Source of the DNA: an uncultured delta proteobacterium
Lineage (GTDB): Bacteria; Desulfobacterota; Syntrophia; Syntrophales; Smithellaceae
Length of the DNA stretch: 64,000 bases
Assembly (NCBI GenBank): GCA_963753975.1
Contig: CAVWEH010000002.1
Location: forward strand, 224,001 to 288,000
Reading direction: 5' to 3'
Each line of letters starts with the position of its first letter. The stretch's first letter is position 1. A program made the translations under genes and the position numbers. The notes below the pieces were generated by a model. The model was given only the letters and a program-made list of their open reading frames with translations, was not told where the DNA came from and ran no database searches. Of the stretch, positions 1-9,036 are shown piece after piece.

Positions 1-68
1 AAATTAATTACTTTCATATACCCTTTCGATTTCAAAGGATAACGAGGCTTCAAGGAGGAGAAGAGGAA

Positions 69-219
69 GCATGTTGAAAACTTTTGTTTTGGAAGCTGCT
101 CAAAAAGGCTTAGAGGCAAGGCGCGCGAGAAGCGAGCAGCGGAGCGTACTTTAAGCGTACGTGAGCATGTGAGATTCGAAGCGCAACGCAGAATATGAGC
201 CTGTTTCAGCAGTCTGCTA
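69..219. mobile_element. MITE-like non-autonomous element (~150 bp) with imperfect terminal inverted repeats; abuts the stop codon of the livF-like gene
   Basis: CTGCTCAAAAAGGCT (96-110) matches the reverse complement of AGCCTGTTTCAGCAG (198-212) at 13/15 positions. Inner CGTAC/GTACG palindrome, an extra TIR-like GCATGTTGAAAA at 69-80, no ORF. Confidence 0.55.
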
Positions 220-1017
220 AAGCCAGCGTTTACGACGCCTATACGCCTTCACATCCTTATAGGACTTAGCAATGCCGGAAGCCGACATGCCCAAATAAAA
301 TTCTTTAACATCAGGATTCTTAGCCAGATCGGAAGCGATGCCTTCCATCACTATTTTGCCGTTCTCCATAACGTATCCGTAATGAGCTACTTGCAGGGCC
401 ATATTGGCGTTTTGCTCCACCAGGACTATAGTTGTTCCATGCTCTTCATTGATCATCTTTATTATGCGGAATATCTCCTGAACAACCAGTGGCGCAAGCC
501 CCAATGAAGGCTCGTCCAGCATCAAGAGCTGCGGGTGCGCCATTAAAGCTCGGCCGATTACCAGCATCTGCAACTCACCTCCACTGCAATATCCGGCAAG
601 AGATTTTTTTCTCGGTATTAGTGCGGGAAAATATTTATAGACAAGTTCCAAATCTTCCTTATAAGGCTGGCCTGAGCGCGTGGCAGTGCCGACACGTAAA
701 TTCTCTTCGATGGTCAGATATTTAAAAGGCTGACGCCCCTCTAAGACCTGAATTATACCCTGTCGCGTGATGTATTCGGGCGCCTGATTGTGGATGTTTA
801 TACCGTTGTAGATAATCGACCCATCCGTAACCTTGCCGTTTTCGGGCTTAAGCAAACCCGAGATAGCTTTGAGCGTAGTTGTTTTCCCCGCACCGTTACT
901 GCCCAATAATGAAACGATATGCCCCTTTTCAACAGATAAAGAAACACCTTTTAATACCTGGATAACATCCGAATATACAACGGAAATATTATTTAATTGT
1001 AAAATGATCTCGCCCAT
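217..1017 (-). CDS. livF: HAAT/Liv-family ABC transporter ATP-binding protein (LivF-like)
   Basis: Walker A GSNGAGKT, signature CSGGE, Walker B LLMLDEPSLGLAP, LVEQNA motif. Confidence 0.92.
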   Translation of the reverse strand: MGEIILQLNNISVVYSDVIQVLKGVSLSVEKGHIVSLLGSNGAGKTTTLKAISGLLKPENGKVTDGSIIYNGINIHNQAPEYITRQGIIQVLEGRQPFKYLTIEENLRVGTATRSGQPYKEDLELVYKYFPALIPRKKSLAGYCSGGELQMLVIGRALMAHPQLLMLDEPSLGLAPLVVQEIFRIIKMINEEHGTTIVLVEQNANMALQVAHYGYVMENGKIVMEGIASDLAKNPDVKEFYLGMSASGIAKSYKDVKAYRRRKRWL

Positions 1018-1103
1018 TCAATACCCTAACCCCGCTGCGTGGGATAAGAAAATCTAGGAAATTAATTTCTATAAGAAAATAGCAGATATTAATTTCTGAT
1101 TTT

Positions 1104-2174
1104 CTAATATGAAAAAGGCCACAGCCTAAAGCTGGAACGAAGAATACGCCATAATTCGGCCAGCCCTCGCGGCTCCAGCAATATAAATAAAACAATAGCC
1201 AGTCCAAAAGTAAATTCCCGCAGCGGCGCCATATTCAAACCCAGGCCCGTGACGAAACTGATATTCATCAAAAGCCCGGTGAGAAATCGCAAAAGTTCAT
1301 TGAGCAAAGTAATAAAAGTAGCGCCAAAAATAGCTCCGGGAATATTTCCCAATCCGCCGATTATGACCATGGCGATAAATTCTATGGAAAGCCCCAAATT
1401 AAATGGTTCCGTAGTTATGCTGATCATATAATAAGCCCAAAGCGCTCCGGCAAAACCGGCATAAAAAGAGCTGATCGCAAAAGACAACAATTTATATTTA
1501 AAAATGGGAATACCCATACCTTCTGCCGCACGGTCATTATCGCGAATCGCGATGAAAGCCCGCCCGAATTTAGAGCGCATGATGTTTACAGCAAACCACG
1601 TCATGAGAACTAAGCTCACAAAAATCAAAAAGAAAAATGCTTTATCTCCGGTAATTGACCAATGAATAATTTCCGGCGCGGGCAAGGTAATGCCCATTGT
1701 TCCTTTGGTCAAGCTATCCCAATGAATCAAAACATATTCAATGATAAACTGTCCGGCCAGGGTAGCAATGGTCAAATAAAGCCCCTTTAAACGTCCCGAA
1801 GGAATGCCGAATATCATACCGACAAGAGCAGTGATAATACCTGCCGCCGGTATGGATAAATAAAACCCCCAGCCTAATCTAGTGGCCAAAATAGCTGCGG
1901 CATAAGCTCCCACTCCGAAAAAAGCTCCGTGACCCAAAGATATTTGCCCGGTATAACCGATAAGGATGTTGAGTCCTATAGCCGCGATAGCCGCAATCCC
2001 GATCATATTTAAAATATACAGCATGTAAGTGCTGACAACAAAAGGCGCGACGGCAAAAAATAAAATCAAAAATAATCCCAGGCAAATCCTGCCGAAATAT
2101 GTTTCAAATATTTTTAATTCTTCAGCATAATTTTCACGAAAATTACCGCAAGGATGAAATGAAAAATTCCTCAT
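1104..2174 (-). CDS. livM: Liv-family ABC transporter permease (LivM-like)
   Basis: GYTGQISLGHGAFFGVGAY and GRAFIAIRDND motifs; multiple TM helices. Confidence 0.92.
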   Translation of the reverse strand: MRNFSFHPCGNFRENYAEELKIFETYFGRICLGLFLILFFAVAPFVVSTYMLYILNMIGIAAIAAIGLNILIGYTGQISLGHGAFFGVGAYAAAILATRLGWGFYLSIPAAGIITALVGMIFGIPSGRLKGLYLTIATLAGQFIIEYVLIHWDSLTKGTMGITLPAPEIIHWSITGDKAFFFLIFVSLVLMTWFAVNIMRSKFGRAFIAIRDNDRAAEGMGIPIFKYKLLSFAISSFYAGFAGALWAYYMISITTEPFNLGLSIEFIAMVIIGGLGNIPGAIFGATFITLLNELLRFLTGLLMNISFVTGLGLNMAPLREFTFGLAIVLFILLEPRGLAELWRILRSSFRLWPFSY

Positions 2175-3053
2175 TTATACCCTCTCAATTTCCACCAGAC
2201 CAAACAAGCCATAAGGCTTGACCAGTAGAATAAAAACAAGCACAATGTAAGGCACAACATCAATCAGTGAAGGCGACAGGTAGCCGCCGGTAAATGTTTC
2301 TAAAAGGCCGATTATAATACCGCCAACTATCGCGCCGCCAATGCTGTCGAGCCCGCCTAAAATTACCACGGGAAATACTTTTAAGCCGATTGAGCTCAAA
2401 TCGTGCACATTAACACCGTTGATGATTCCGAGAACTATGCCGCTCATGCTCGCCACGAGCGCGGCGATGGCCCAGGATAGTGCAAAGACCCGCCTCACGT
2501 GAACTCCCAGAGAAAGAGCAGCTTTTTGATTATCGGCTACTGAACGCATATAAATTCCCTGAGCCGATTTTTTGAAAAAAAGCCCGAATAAAACCAGAAA
2601 AACTATGCTGATAATCAGCGTCGCCGTATAAACCGGAGCAATGTATATGCCTCCGAACCTCAGGGCCATCGATTCATTTAAAAATTCGGGATAGGTATGC
2701 AAGTTCCCCCCCCAAACGAGCAGAATAAATCCTTTAAACATCTCCGCCAAACCCACCGTCAGCATAATGACAAAAATCAGTTTTTCTCCGATTAACGGAC
2801 GCAGAAATAATTTCTCGATTATAAAGCCCAGAATAAAGGATCCGACAAGCGTCAAAACAAAAGCAATTAAAACGGGCAATTTAGCCCAGCTAATCAATGC
2901 TAAAAAAAAGAAAGCTCCCAGGGCTAAAAGTTCGCCATGAGCAAAATTCAAAACGCTGGAGGACTTAAAAATCATCACAAAGCCCATCGCCGATATACCA
3001 TAGAGAAGCCCGACGCAAACCCCGTTCACCAGTAATTGCAGAAAAAAATCCAT
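2175..3053 (-). CDS. livH: Liv-family ABC transporter permease (LivH-like)
   Basis: VLNFAHGE, VVILGGLDSIGGA and KPYGLFG motifs. Confidence 0.92.
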   Translation of the reverse strand: MDFFLQLLVNGVCVGLLYGISAMGFVMIFKSSSVLNFAHGELLALGAFFFLALISWAKLPVLIAFVLTLVGSFILGFIIEKLFLRPLIGEKLIFVIMLTVGLAEMFKGFILLVWGGNLHTYPEFLNESMALRFGGIYIAPVYTATLIISIVFLVLFGLFFKKSAQGIYMRSVADNQKAALSLGVHVRRVFALSWAIAALVASMSGIVLGIINGVNVHDLSSIGLKVFPVVILGGLDSIGGAIVGGIIIGLLETFTGGYLSPSLIDVVPYIVLVFILLVKPYGLFGLVEIERV

Positions 3054-3064
3054 GAATAAATTCC

Positions 3065-4993
3065 TCAGCTAACCTTGATAATATTTACTGTTGTTTCAAT
3101 CTCGCCTATCCGCCCGTCACGGTAGCGAATTTTTCCGGTTACTTTAGCTTTTTCTTCATCGCGATACATTGATTCGATGATTTTAATATATAAACCGTAA
3201 ACAAAACGGCGCCGAACCTTGCCGGTACGGGTTAATTCCTCTTCGTCGGCATCCAGAAGTTTATACAGTAAAATAAATTTTTTGACCTTCATTACATCGG
3301 GTAGTTGTTCGTTGACTCGAGCTACTTCTTTAAATATGAGTTCTTCCACCGACGGCTGCTGCGTAAGATCCATATATGTCGTATAAGGAATCATACGGTC
3401 TTCCGCCCAATTGCCGACATTGCCCATATCGATATTGATCATCGCGGTAATGAACGGACGACCTTCTCCGAAAATGACCGCTTCTTTAATGTAGGGGCTG
3501 AACTTTAAGCGGGTTTCGATAAAATCCGGAGAAAAGGCCTCGCCACTTTTATTGCGGATAATATCTTCTTTGCGGCCGATGATCAACAAACGTCCGTCGC
3601 CGTCTATATAACCGGCATCCCCGGTCTTGAGCCAGCCATCGTCATAGGCTGACTGCGTGGCCTGAAAATCATTATAATAACCGGAAAAATTAGCTGCGGA
3701 TCGAACCAATACTTCCTGATCATCGGCAATTTTCACTTCCGTCTGGGGCAATGGCCTGCCCACGGTCTCGATCTTTGCCTCATTATCCGGCTGAATTTGA
3801 AATATGCCCCCCGCTTCCGTTAGTCCATAGCATTGTTTTAGATTCAAACCAATGGCGCGGAAAAACAAAATTACATCGGGGCTGATCGGATGACCGCCGG
3901 TAAAGGCACTGCGAAAACGAGAGCATCCTATCCTGTCCAAAAGCGGACGATAAACGATGATAGACATTAATTTGTACAGAAGATTTAGAGGTAGCGCAAC
4001 TCCAGCTTTTTTTGCCCTCCTTGTAACAACGGCTTTGCCGATCGTCTCTCCCCAGTAAAATAAATTCCTCTTTATCCGGCCAGCATCGGATATTTTTACG
4101 CGGATGAGTGAAGCCATATCTTCCCAAAAATGTGATGCGGTAATCAACATGGAAGGACCGATTTCCCGGAAATCTTCAATTACCGTTTCCGGGGTTTCCG
4201 GAAAATTCATTGTCATTGCACCTAAAAGCGCCACACCCATACCCCACATCTGGTCAACTATCCAGGCCGGCGGCGACATGGATAGCCAGTTTTCTTCGGC
4301 TCCAATTCCTGCCGCTTCTATCCATTGAGAGGCCATTTGCGTAAAATTTCGATGGGAAAGCATGGCTAATTTGGGAATACCTGTAGTGCCCGAAGTTTGA
4401 ATCATGACGGCAATATCGTCAGGCCGGCCTTTTTCTATTTCCTCCTCAACAAAACTAAGCTTTTTCAGATTGAAATTTTCGCCGATTTCTAAAAGCCGGG
4501 CATAACTGATTAACCAAGAATCATTTTCGTGAGACGTCATCCCCGTGGGATCAATATATACGACTTTCTTGATTTGCGGCAGCTTCTCTTTAACTTCCAG
4601 CAGTTTATCTACTTGTTCCTGATCCTGAACTACTATGATTGAGGAATTGACGCGTTTAATAGATGTGCATAATTCTTCGGCGATAGATGATGTGAATAAA
4701 TTCAGTGTGGTTGCGCCCAGAGCATGGGCGGCAATTTCACAAAAAAGCCATTCTGGATGATTTTCGACGTTAAGGCAAACAGTTTCCCCGCGCTGAAGAT
4801 TGAGGACAGCAAATCCGCCGGCCGTTTTTTTCATATAACTACTGTAATCAGACCAATTATATCTTTGCCAAATACCGTAAGCTTTTTCCCGAATAGCAAT
4901 TTTTTTTTCGCCGTATTTGACGGTGTTTTCGGCCAGGATTTGCGGTATCGTTAAATTATACCCATACGATTGTTTTTGTGTCACAATGCCCAA
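3065..4993 (-). CDS. AMP-forming acyl-CoA ligase (long-chain-fatty-acid-CoA-ligase-like), embedded in the ABC operon
   Basis: TSGTTGIPK P-loop, YGLTE, TGDAG, GRKED and ELTRTGKVRR motifs. Confidence 0.88.
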   Translation of the reverse strand: MGIVTQKQSYGYNLTIPQILAENTVKYGEKKIAIREKAYGIWQRYNWSDYSSYMKKTAGGFAVLNLQRGETVCLNVENHPEWLFCEIAAHALGATTLNLFTSSIAEELCTSIKRVNSSIIVVQDQEQVDKLLEVKEKLPQIKKVVYIDPTGMTSHENDSWLISYARLLEIGENFNLKKLSFVEEEIEKGRPDDIAVMIQTSGTTGIPKLAMLSHRNFTQMASQWIEAAGIGAEENWLSMSPPAWIVDQMWGMGVALLGAMTMNFPETPETVIEDFREIGPSMLITASHFWEDMASLIRVKISDAGRIKRNLFYWGETIGKAVVTRRAKKAGVALPLNLLYKLMSIIVYRPLLDRIGCSRFRSAFTGGHPISPDVILFFRAIGLNLKQCYGLTEAGGIFQIQPDNEAKIETVGRPLPQTEVKIADDQEVLVRSAANFSGYYNDFQATQSAYDDGWLKTGDAGYIDGDGRLLIIGRKEDIIRNKSGEAFSPDFIETRLKFSPYIKEAVIFGEGRPFITAMINIDMGNVGNWAEDRMIPYTTYMDLTQQPSVEELIFKEVARVNEQLPDVMKVKKFILLYKLLDADEEELTRTGKVRRRFVYGLYIKIIESMYRDEEKAKVTGKIRYRDGRIGEIETTVNIIKVS

Positions 4994-5017
4994 ATTATCT
5001 ACGCCTTTTTCCTATCT

Positions 5018-5815
5018 TTATAATGTACCGGAATCGCCCAGATATGCCCTGATAACTTCGCGATGACCACTGATTTCGTAAGCCGAGCCCTCCACTATTT
5101 TTTCGCCAAAATTTAGTACCATAATACGCTCAGAAATATTCATGACAATTGACATATCATGCTCCACTAAAATCATTGTCAAACCCCATCTCTGATTTAA
5201 TTCCAAAAGAAAGCGAACCATGTCCTCTTTTTCTTCCAGATTCATTCCGGCGAAAGGTTCATCCAATATAAGAAGCCTGGGCTCCAGGGCGAGCGCCCTT
5301 CCCAACTCAACCCTTTTCATCATCCCGTAAGGCAAAGCACCTACTGTTTTTTTCCGAATTGACTGCATCTCCAGAAAATCAATTATTTCTTCCAATACTT
5401 TCCGGTGGCGAATTTCTTCATTTTTTACTGCTGGAGAAAAAAAACAAGAAGAAATAAAGCCGTAATGGCAGTGAATGTGGCGGGCCAGCGTCATATTAGC
5501 CAGCACCGTCATCCCCGGAAAAAGCTCGATATTCTGAAATGTTCTGCCGATACCCACCCCAACAAGTTCGTGCGTGCGTAAATCGGTAATATCCGTGCCG
5601 TTAAATGTTATTCGGCCTTTTTGGGGGCGGTAAAATCCAGTGATGCAGTTGAGCAGACTGGTTTTACCCGCCCCATTCGGGCCGATGATGGCCATCAACT
5701 CGCCGGTGTGAACGTTGAGATCAACATCTTTTACAGCAGTAACGCCCCCAAAACTAAGATGCAAACTTTTAATTTCCAGCTCAGCTTTTTTATTTTCTTC
5801 TCGCCTGCTCGTCAT
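5018..5815 (-). CDS. livG: Liv-family ABC transporter ATP-binding protein (LivG-like)
   Basis: GPNGAGKT, RTFQN, LPYG, LILDEP, LVEHDM and AYLG motifs. Start uncertain (5815 or 5845). Confidence 0.9.
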   Translation of the reverse strand: MTSRREENKKAELEIKSLHLSFGGVTAVKDVDLNVHTGELMAIIGPNGAGKTSLLNCITGFYRPQKGRITFNGTDITDLRTHELVGVGIGRTFQNIELFPGMTVLANMTLARHIHCHYGFISSCFFSPAVKNEEIRHRKVLEEIIDFLEMQSIRKKTVGALPYGMMKRVELGRALALEPRLLILDEPFAGMNLEEKEDMVRFLLELNQRWGLTMILVEHDMSIVMNISERIMVLNFGEKIVEGSAYEISGHREVIRAYLGDSGTL

Positions 5816-5958
5816 TATCGATGGCCGGCCACGGAAAGCTTTCATTATAATCCTTCAATTACTTCGCAAAAAAATCACCTGCGGCGTTTACCTTGCTTAC
5901 GACAAGGTTTTTCTGCATCCATATTGTTTCTTCACAATTAAAAAATATTTGCGGTTAA

Positions 5959-7164
5959 CTATCTCTTGAGCAATTTAATTTTGTCTTTGCCCGGAACATA
6001 AAAATTAGTCAGCGGTATATATGTTCCATCTTCTTTTACTTGGACCATGCGGGCAGTAAATGACGCCCCATGATCATCTTTAGTGTATGTTATATTGGGA
6101 ACCAAACCACCAAAGTTTTCATTCCTAAATGATTCCATGGCGGCATTGATGGTTTCCGGATTTATTTCCTTGCTCTTTTCATAAGCACGGATAAACGCTC
6201 TTTCCATAATCATTCCGATAACAACTCCCTCCCAATAGGAAGCGTCGAATTTATCCACTGTTTTATAACGCTTCCACAATTCCTTTAAAATTCTAATCCC
6301 TGCGGATTTATCCGTTGGCAGTGCTCCGGGAAATTGAATGACAAGCCTATCTCGAATCAACCCGTTGCCCATTTTAAAGAAATCCGGGTCGGTAGATGTC
6401 CATGTTCCTAAAAACAAAGGGCTGTAATTAATGCGGTCGGCGCTTTTGAAGGCGGTTATTATCGCTGAAGGCAGCATTTGCATAAAGATATATTCCGCGC
6501 CTTTTTTCTGCAGGCGGAGCAGTTCGGTGTTCAAATCAACTGTTTTCGGCGGAAATTCCTCGATGGCAACGATATTAATATTTAATTTAGCAGCGTATTC
6601 TTTGCTGGGCTCGTGAATTGAGCGGCCGTAAGCGTTATTGTAAGTGAGAAGGCCGACTTTAGGAGCATCTTTGCCTTTGTGGATTGCTTTAATATATTCC
6701 AACACCGCTTGACAATCCATTTTATAACTGCCGAAAGGCAGATAAATATAATCTACCGGTTTTTCGAGTATTTCCCAACTGGTGGAATAATTGATTGTCG
6801 GTACTTTGTACTTTTGAATTATCGGTTTTGCCGCTAATCCTTCACCGGCACCCCAGGTAGCGATCATATCTACTTTATCCTGCAAAACGAATTTTTGCAC
6901 AGCTGCCTGAGCTTCCGGCACCTTATAAGCCGTATCCACAGTGATCATTTCTATCTTGTCGCCGAATACTCCTCCCTTGACTTCATTTACATAGCGAAAA
7001 TAATCGCGCTGGCCTTTTTCATGGAACTGGCCCCAGGTCGAAGCAGGCCCCGTTAAGTTGATAGCCGCTCCTACTTTGATCGTTTTGGCTTCAGCACCTA
7101 CAAGAACAGCAAACAAAAAAACAGAAATCGTCAATGTGATTAAAATGCCAATCCTCTTTTTCAT
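5959..7164 (-). CDS. ABC transporter substrate-binding protein (LivJ/LivK-like, Peripla_BP_6 type)
   Basis: Start placed at ATG 7164 (SD GGGAGGGG, signal peptide MKKRIGILITL...AEA). IKVGAAINLTGP and VNEVKGGV motifs. Confidence 0.9.
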   Translation of the reverse strand: MKKRIGILITLTISVFLFAVLVGAEAKTIKVGAAINLTGPASTWGQFHEKGQRDYFRYVNEVKGGVFGDKIEMITVDTAYKVPEAQAAVQKFVLQDKVDMIATWGAGEGLAAKPIIQKYKVPTINYSTSWEILEKPVDYIYLPFGSYKMDCQAVLEYIKAIHKGKDAPKVGLLTYNNAYGRSIHEPSKEYAAKLNINIVAIEEFPPKTVDLNTELLRLQKKGAEYIFMQMLPSAIITAFKSADRINYSPLFLGTWTSTDPDFFKMGNGLIRDRLVIQFPGALPTDKSAGIRILKELWKRYKTVDKFDASYWEGVVIGMIMERAFIRAYEKSKEINPETINAAMESFRNENFGGLVPNITYTKDDHGASFTARMVQVKEDGTYIPLTNFYVPGKDKIKLLKR

Positions 7165-7215
7165 TTTCCCCTCCCTTGAATATTTTAAATATTTATTTTC
7201 CTGAGCTTCAGGGAC

Positions 7216-7254
7216 AAAAAAAAACCGTGGGCCGACGTTTATCTGCCCACGGTT
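7216..7254 (-). terminator. Intrinsic terminator of an attenuator, 52 nt upstream of the substrate-binding gene
   Basis: Perfect 10-bp stem AACCGTGGGC/GCCCACGGTT with a 12-nt loop, ending in a 9-T run on the minus strand. Confidence 0.85.
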
Positions 7255-7274
7255 CATTTTCCTTATATAACCCG

Positions 7275-7367
7275 TCATGATACTGCCAGGCAGACCCTCA
7301 TGTTGGTAAAACTAAAGAAATATATAAAAGCTGCCTTATTAAAACTCGATTTTTCAATCATGCGCAT
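7275..7367 (-). CDS. Phe/Tyr-rich leader peptide MRMIEKSSFNKAAFIYFFSFTNMRVCLAVS (30 aa)
   Basis: Hand translation: AAGGA SD upstream; 5 Phe and 1 Tyr in codons 9-20; the stop lies 20 nt before the terminator and within the antiterminator 5' arm. Confidence 0.7.
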   Translation of the reverse strand: MRMIEKSSFNKAAFIYFFSFTNMRVCLAVS

Positions 7368-7387
7368 TCTTTCCTTTTGTATGGGGC

Positions 7388-7416
7388 ATATAGAGCAAAT
7401 ATCCGGAAAAAGTCAA
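7388..7416 (-). promoter_or_regulatory. Candidate sigma70 promoter for the leader/ABC operon
   Basis: TTGACT-N17-CTATAT. Confidence 0.4.
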
Positions 7417-7580
7417 GAAAAAAGTAAATAATCATTTTCGACGGTCTTTAAAATATTATCGACTCATAATAACCAGCAACGTTATAGTTAATCAAAAACC
7501 CCTGCTATTGATCTCATGTTTTCTTGACCGAACTAATAAGTTTTGATGTTAATATTACAATATCACGTAGTTTAATTATC

Positions 7581-7609
7581 TTGACATATATGTACCATTT
7601 TCATATAGT
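7581..7609 (+). promoter_or_regulatory. Sigma70 promoter of the pilT-like gene
   Basis: TTGACA-N17-TATAGT, ending 9 nt before the ATG. Confidence 0.65.
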
Positions 7610-7618
7610 TAGCTCACT

Positions 7619-8890
7619 ATGAATCAACGGTTCACAGATTTGATCCTTGCCGCCATCAAACAAAGGCTTTCCGACCTCCACATTACGGGAGGGTTTCCCT
7701 TAATTTTCCGCAGAGACGGCGTCATCCATTTCGATAAAAATATCAAATGGTCGCATACGGAAATAGACACCATGGTCAAAGAAATGCTCAGCGACCGGCA
7801 ACTGCAAACGCTCAGAAAAAGATGGTCTGTTGATTTCGCCCTTTCTTTCAACCATGTGCGTGTCAGAATCAATGCTTTTTATACAACCCGTGGGTTGAGT
7901 CTTGCTATACGACTGCTTCCGGAAACGATTCCTGATTTAACTTCGCTCAACCTGCATCCATCGCTTAGCCAGATTGTGGAACTTCAATCCGGCCTTATCC
8001 TGGTTTGCGGAAGTACAGGCTCAGGCAAGTCGACCACCATTGCCGCCATCATCGAGGAAATTAACCGCACCAGGCCTGCGCACATCATAACAATTGAAGA
8101 TCCTATCGAATACAGGTTTAAACCTAAGAAATCTTTCATTGAACAGCGTGAAGTAGGCATTCACGTGCCGTCCTTCGATCAGGGACTTCTTGATGTATTG
8201 AGAGAAAATCCCGACGTTATTTTCGTCGGCGAATTAAGAGAGCCGGATACAATCAGGCTTACCCTCAACGCCGCGGAGTCCGGACACCTTGTCTTCGCTA
8301 CACTTCACGCTACCGACGCTGAAGATGCGGCTTATCGCATCAACAACTGTGTTACCGGTGAAAACCAGGATGTTATCCGCTACCAGTTTGCCTCGACGCT
8401 TTCTTGGCTTGTTGTTCAACAACTGACTTTTCTCAACAAAGTTGGTTTCAGGGTTCCCATGCTTTCCATACTTCGGACAACACCTTCTGTCCAGAGCAGC
8501 GTTCGCGAAAATAAATTGACCCAATTGGAAAATATCATGTCCACGAGCAAAAACGATGGTATGTTTACGATGAAGCTATATGAAAAAGAATTCATCAGTA
8601 ATCGTTCCTCATTTGTCCATCCTTATAAGAGTTTCGGCATGGGGGCGGATTCTTCCAAGGAAAATGATTATGTTTCTTCGCTTATCGACCCCAATGCCGT
8701 TCAGGATGTAATTTATATGTCCTCGGTAGATGACGCCTATAAAGCCGACGGCGCCGCAAAATTGGCCGGTGATGACGATGAGCAACGTTATGTAATCCTG
8801 GAAGACCATGACATGGATCTGAAAGACCTTCTTGCCCAATACGATGAATCGAAAGAAGAAAAGATAGAGAAAAAGCGCCCGAAAAAATAG
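7619..8890 (+). CDS. pilT: PilT/PilU-family type IV pilus retraction ATPase with an acidic C-terminal extension
   Basis: SDLHI, Walker A GSTGSGKST, Asp box TIEDPIE, Walker B DVIFVGELR and His box GHLVFATLH. Confidence 0.85.
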   Translation: MNQRFTDLILAAIKQRLSDLHITGGFPLIFRRDGVIHFDKNIKWSHTEIDTMVKEMLSDRQLQTLRKRWSVDFALSFNHVRVRINAFYTTRGLSLAIRLLPETIPDLTSLNLHPSLSQIVELQSGLILVCGSTGSGKSTTIAAIIEEINRTRPAHIITIEDPIEYRFKPKKSFIEQREVGIHVPSFDQGLLDVLRENPDVIFVGELREPDTIRLTLNAAESGHLVFATLHATDAEDAAYRINNCVTGENQDVIRYQFASTLSWLVVQQLTFLNKVGFRVPMLSILRTTPSVQSSVRENKLTQLENIMSTSKNDGMFTMKLYEKEFISNRSSFVHPYKSFGMGADSSKENDYVSSLIDPNAVQDVIYMSSVDDAYKADGAAKLAGDDDEQRYVILEDHDMDLKDLLAQYDESKEEKIEKKRPKK

Positions 8891-9036
8891 TATAACGCGG
8901 ACGCAACGCACCGGGCGACATCCCCGAAGAACTACCAATTTGTAATAAATTACAAGACCATGCGCACTTATATAAAGCAGCGATATAAGCCCGGTCGGGG
9001 TTTACTGACTTGTTCTACCGGTAGATCATTTCATAG

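Noticed and set aside
5880..5925. ACCTTG..CAAGGT hairpin with a GNRA-like loop, reminiscent of c-di-GMP-I riboswitch P2
   Set aside because: No second stem with a tetraloop receptor and no P1. More likely an mRNA-stabilising hairpin after the SBP gene.
7165..7278. 38-aa N-terminal extension of the substrate-binding protein in the ORF track
   Set aside because: It crosses the attenuator terminator. The SD and signal peptide indicate a start at 7164.
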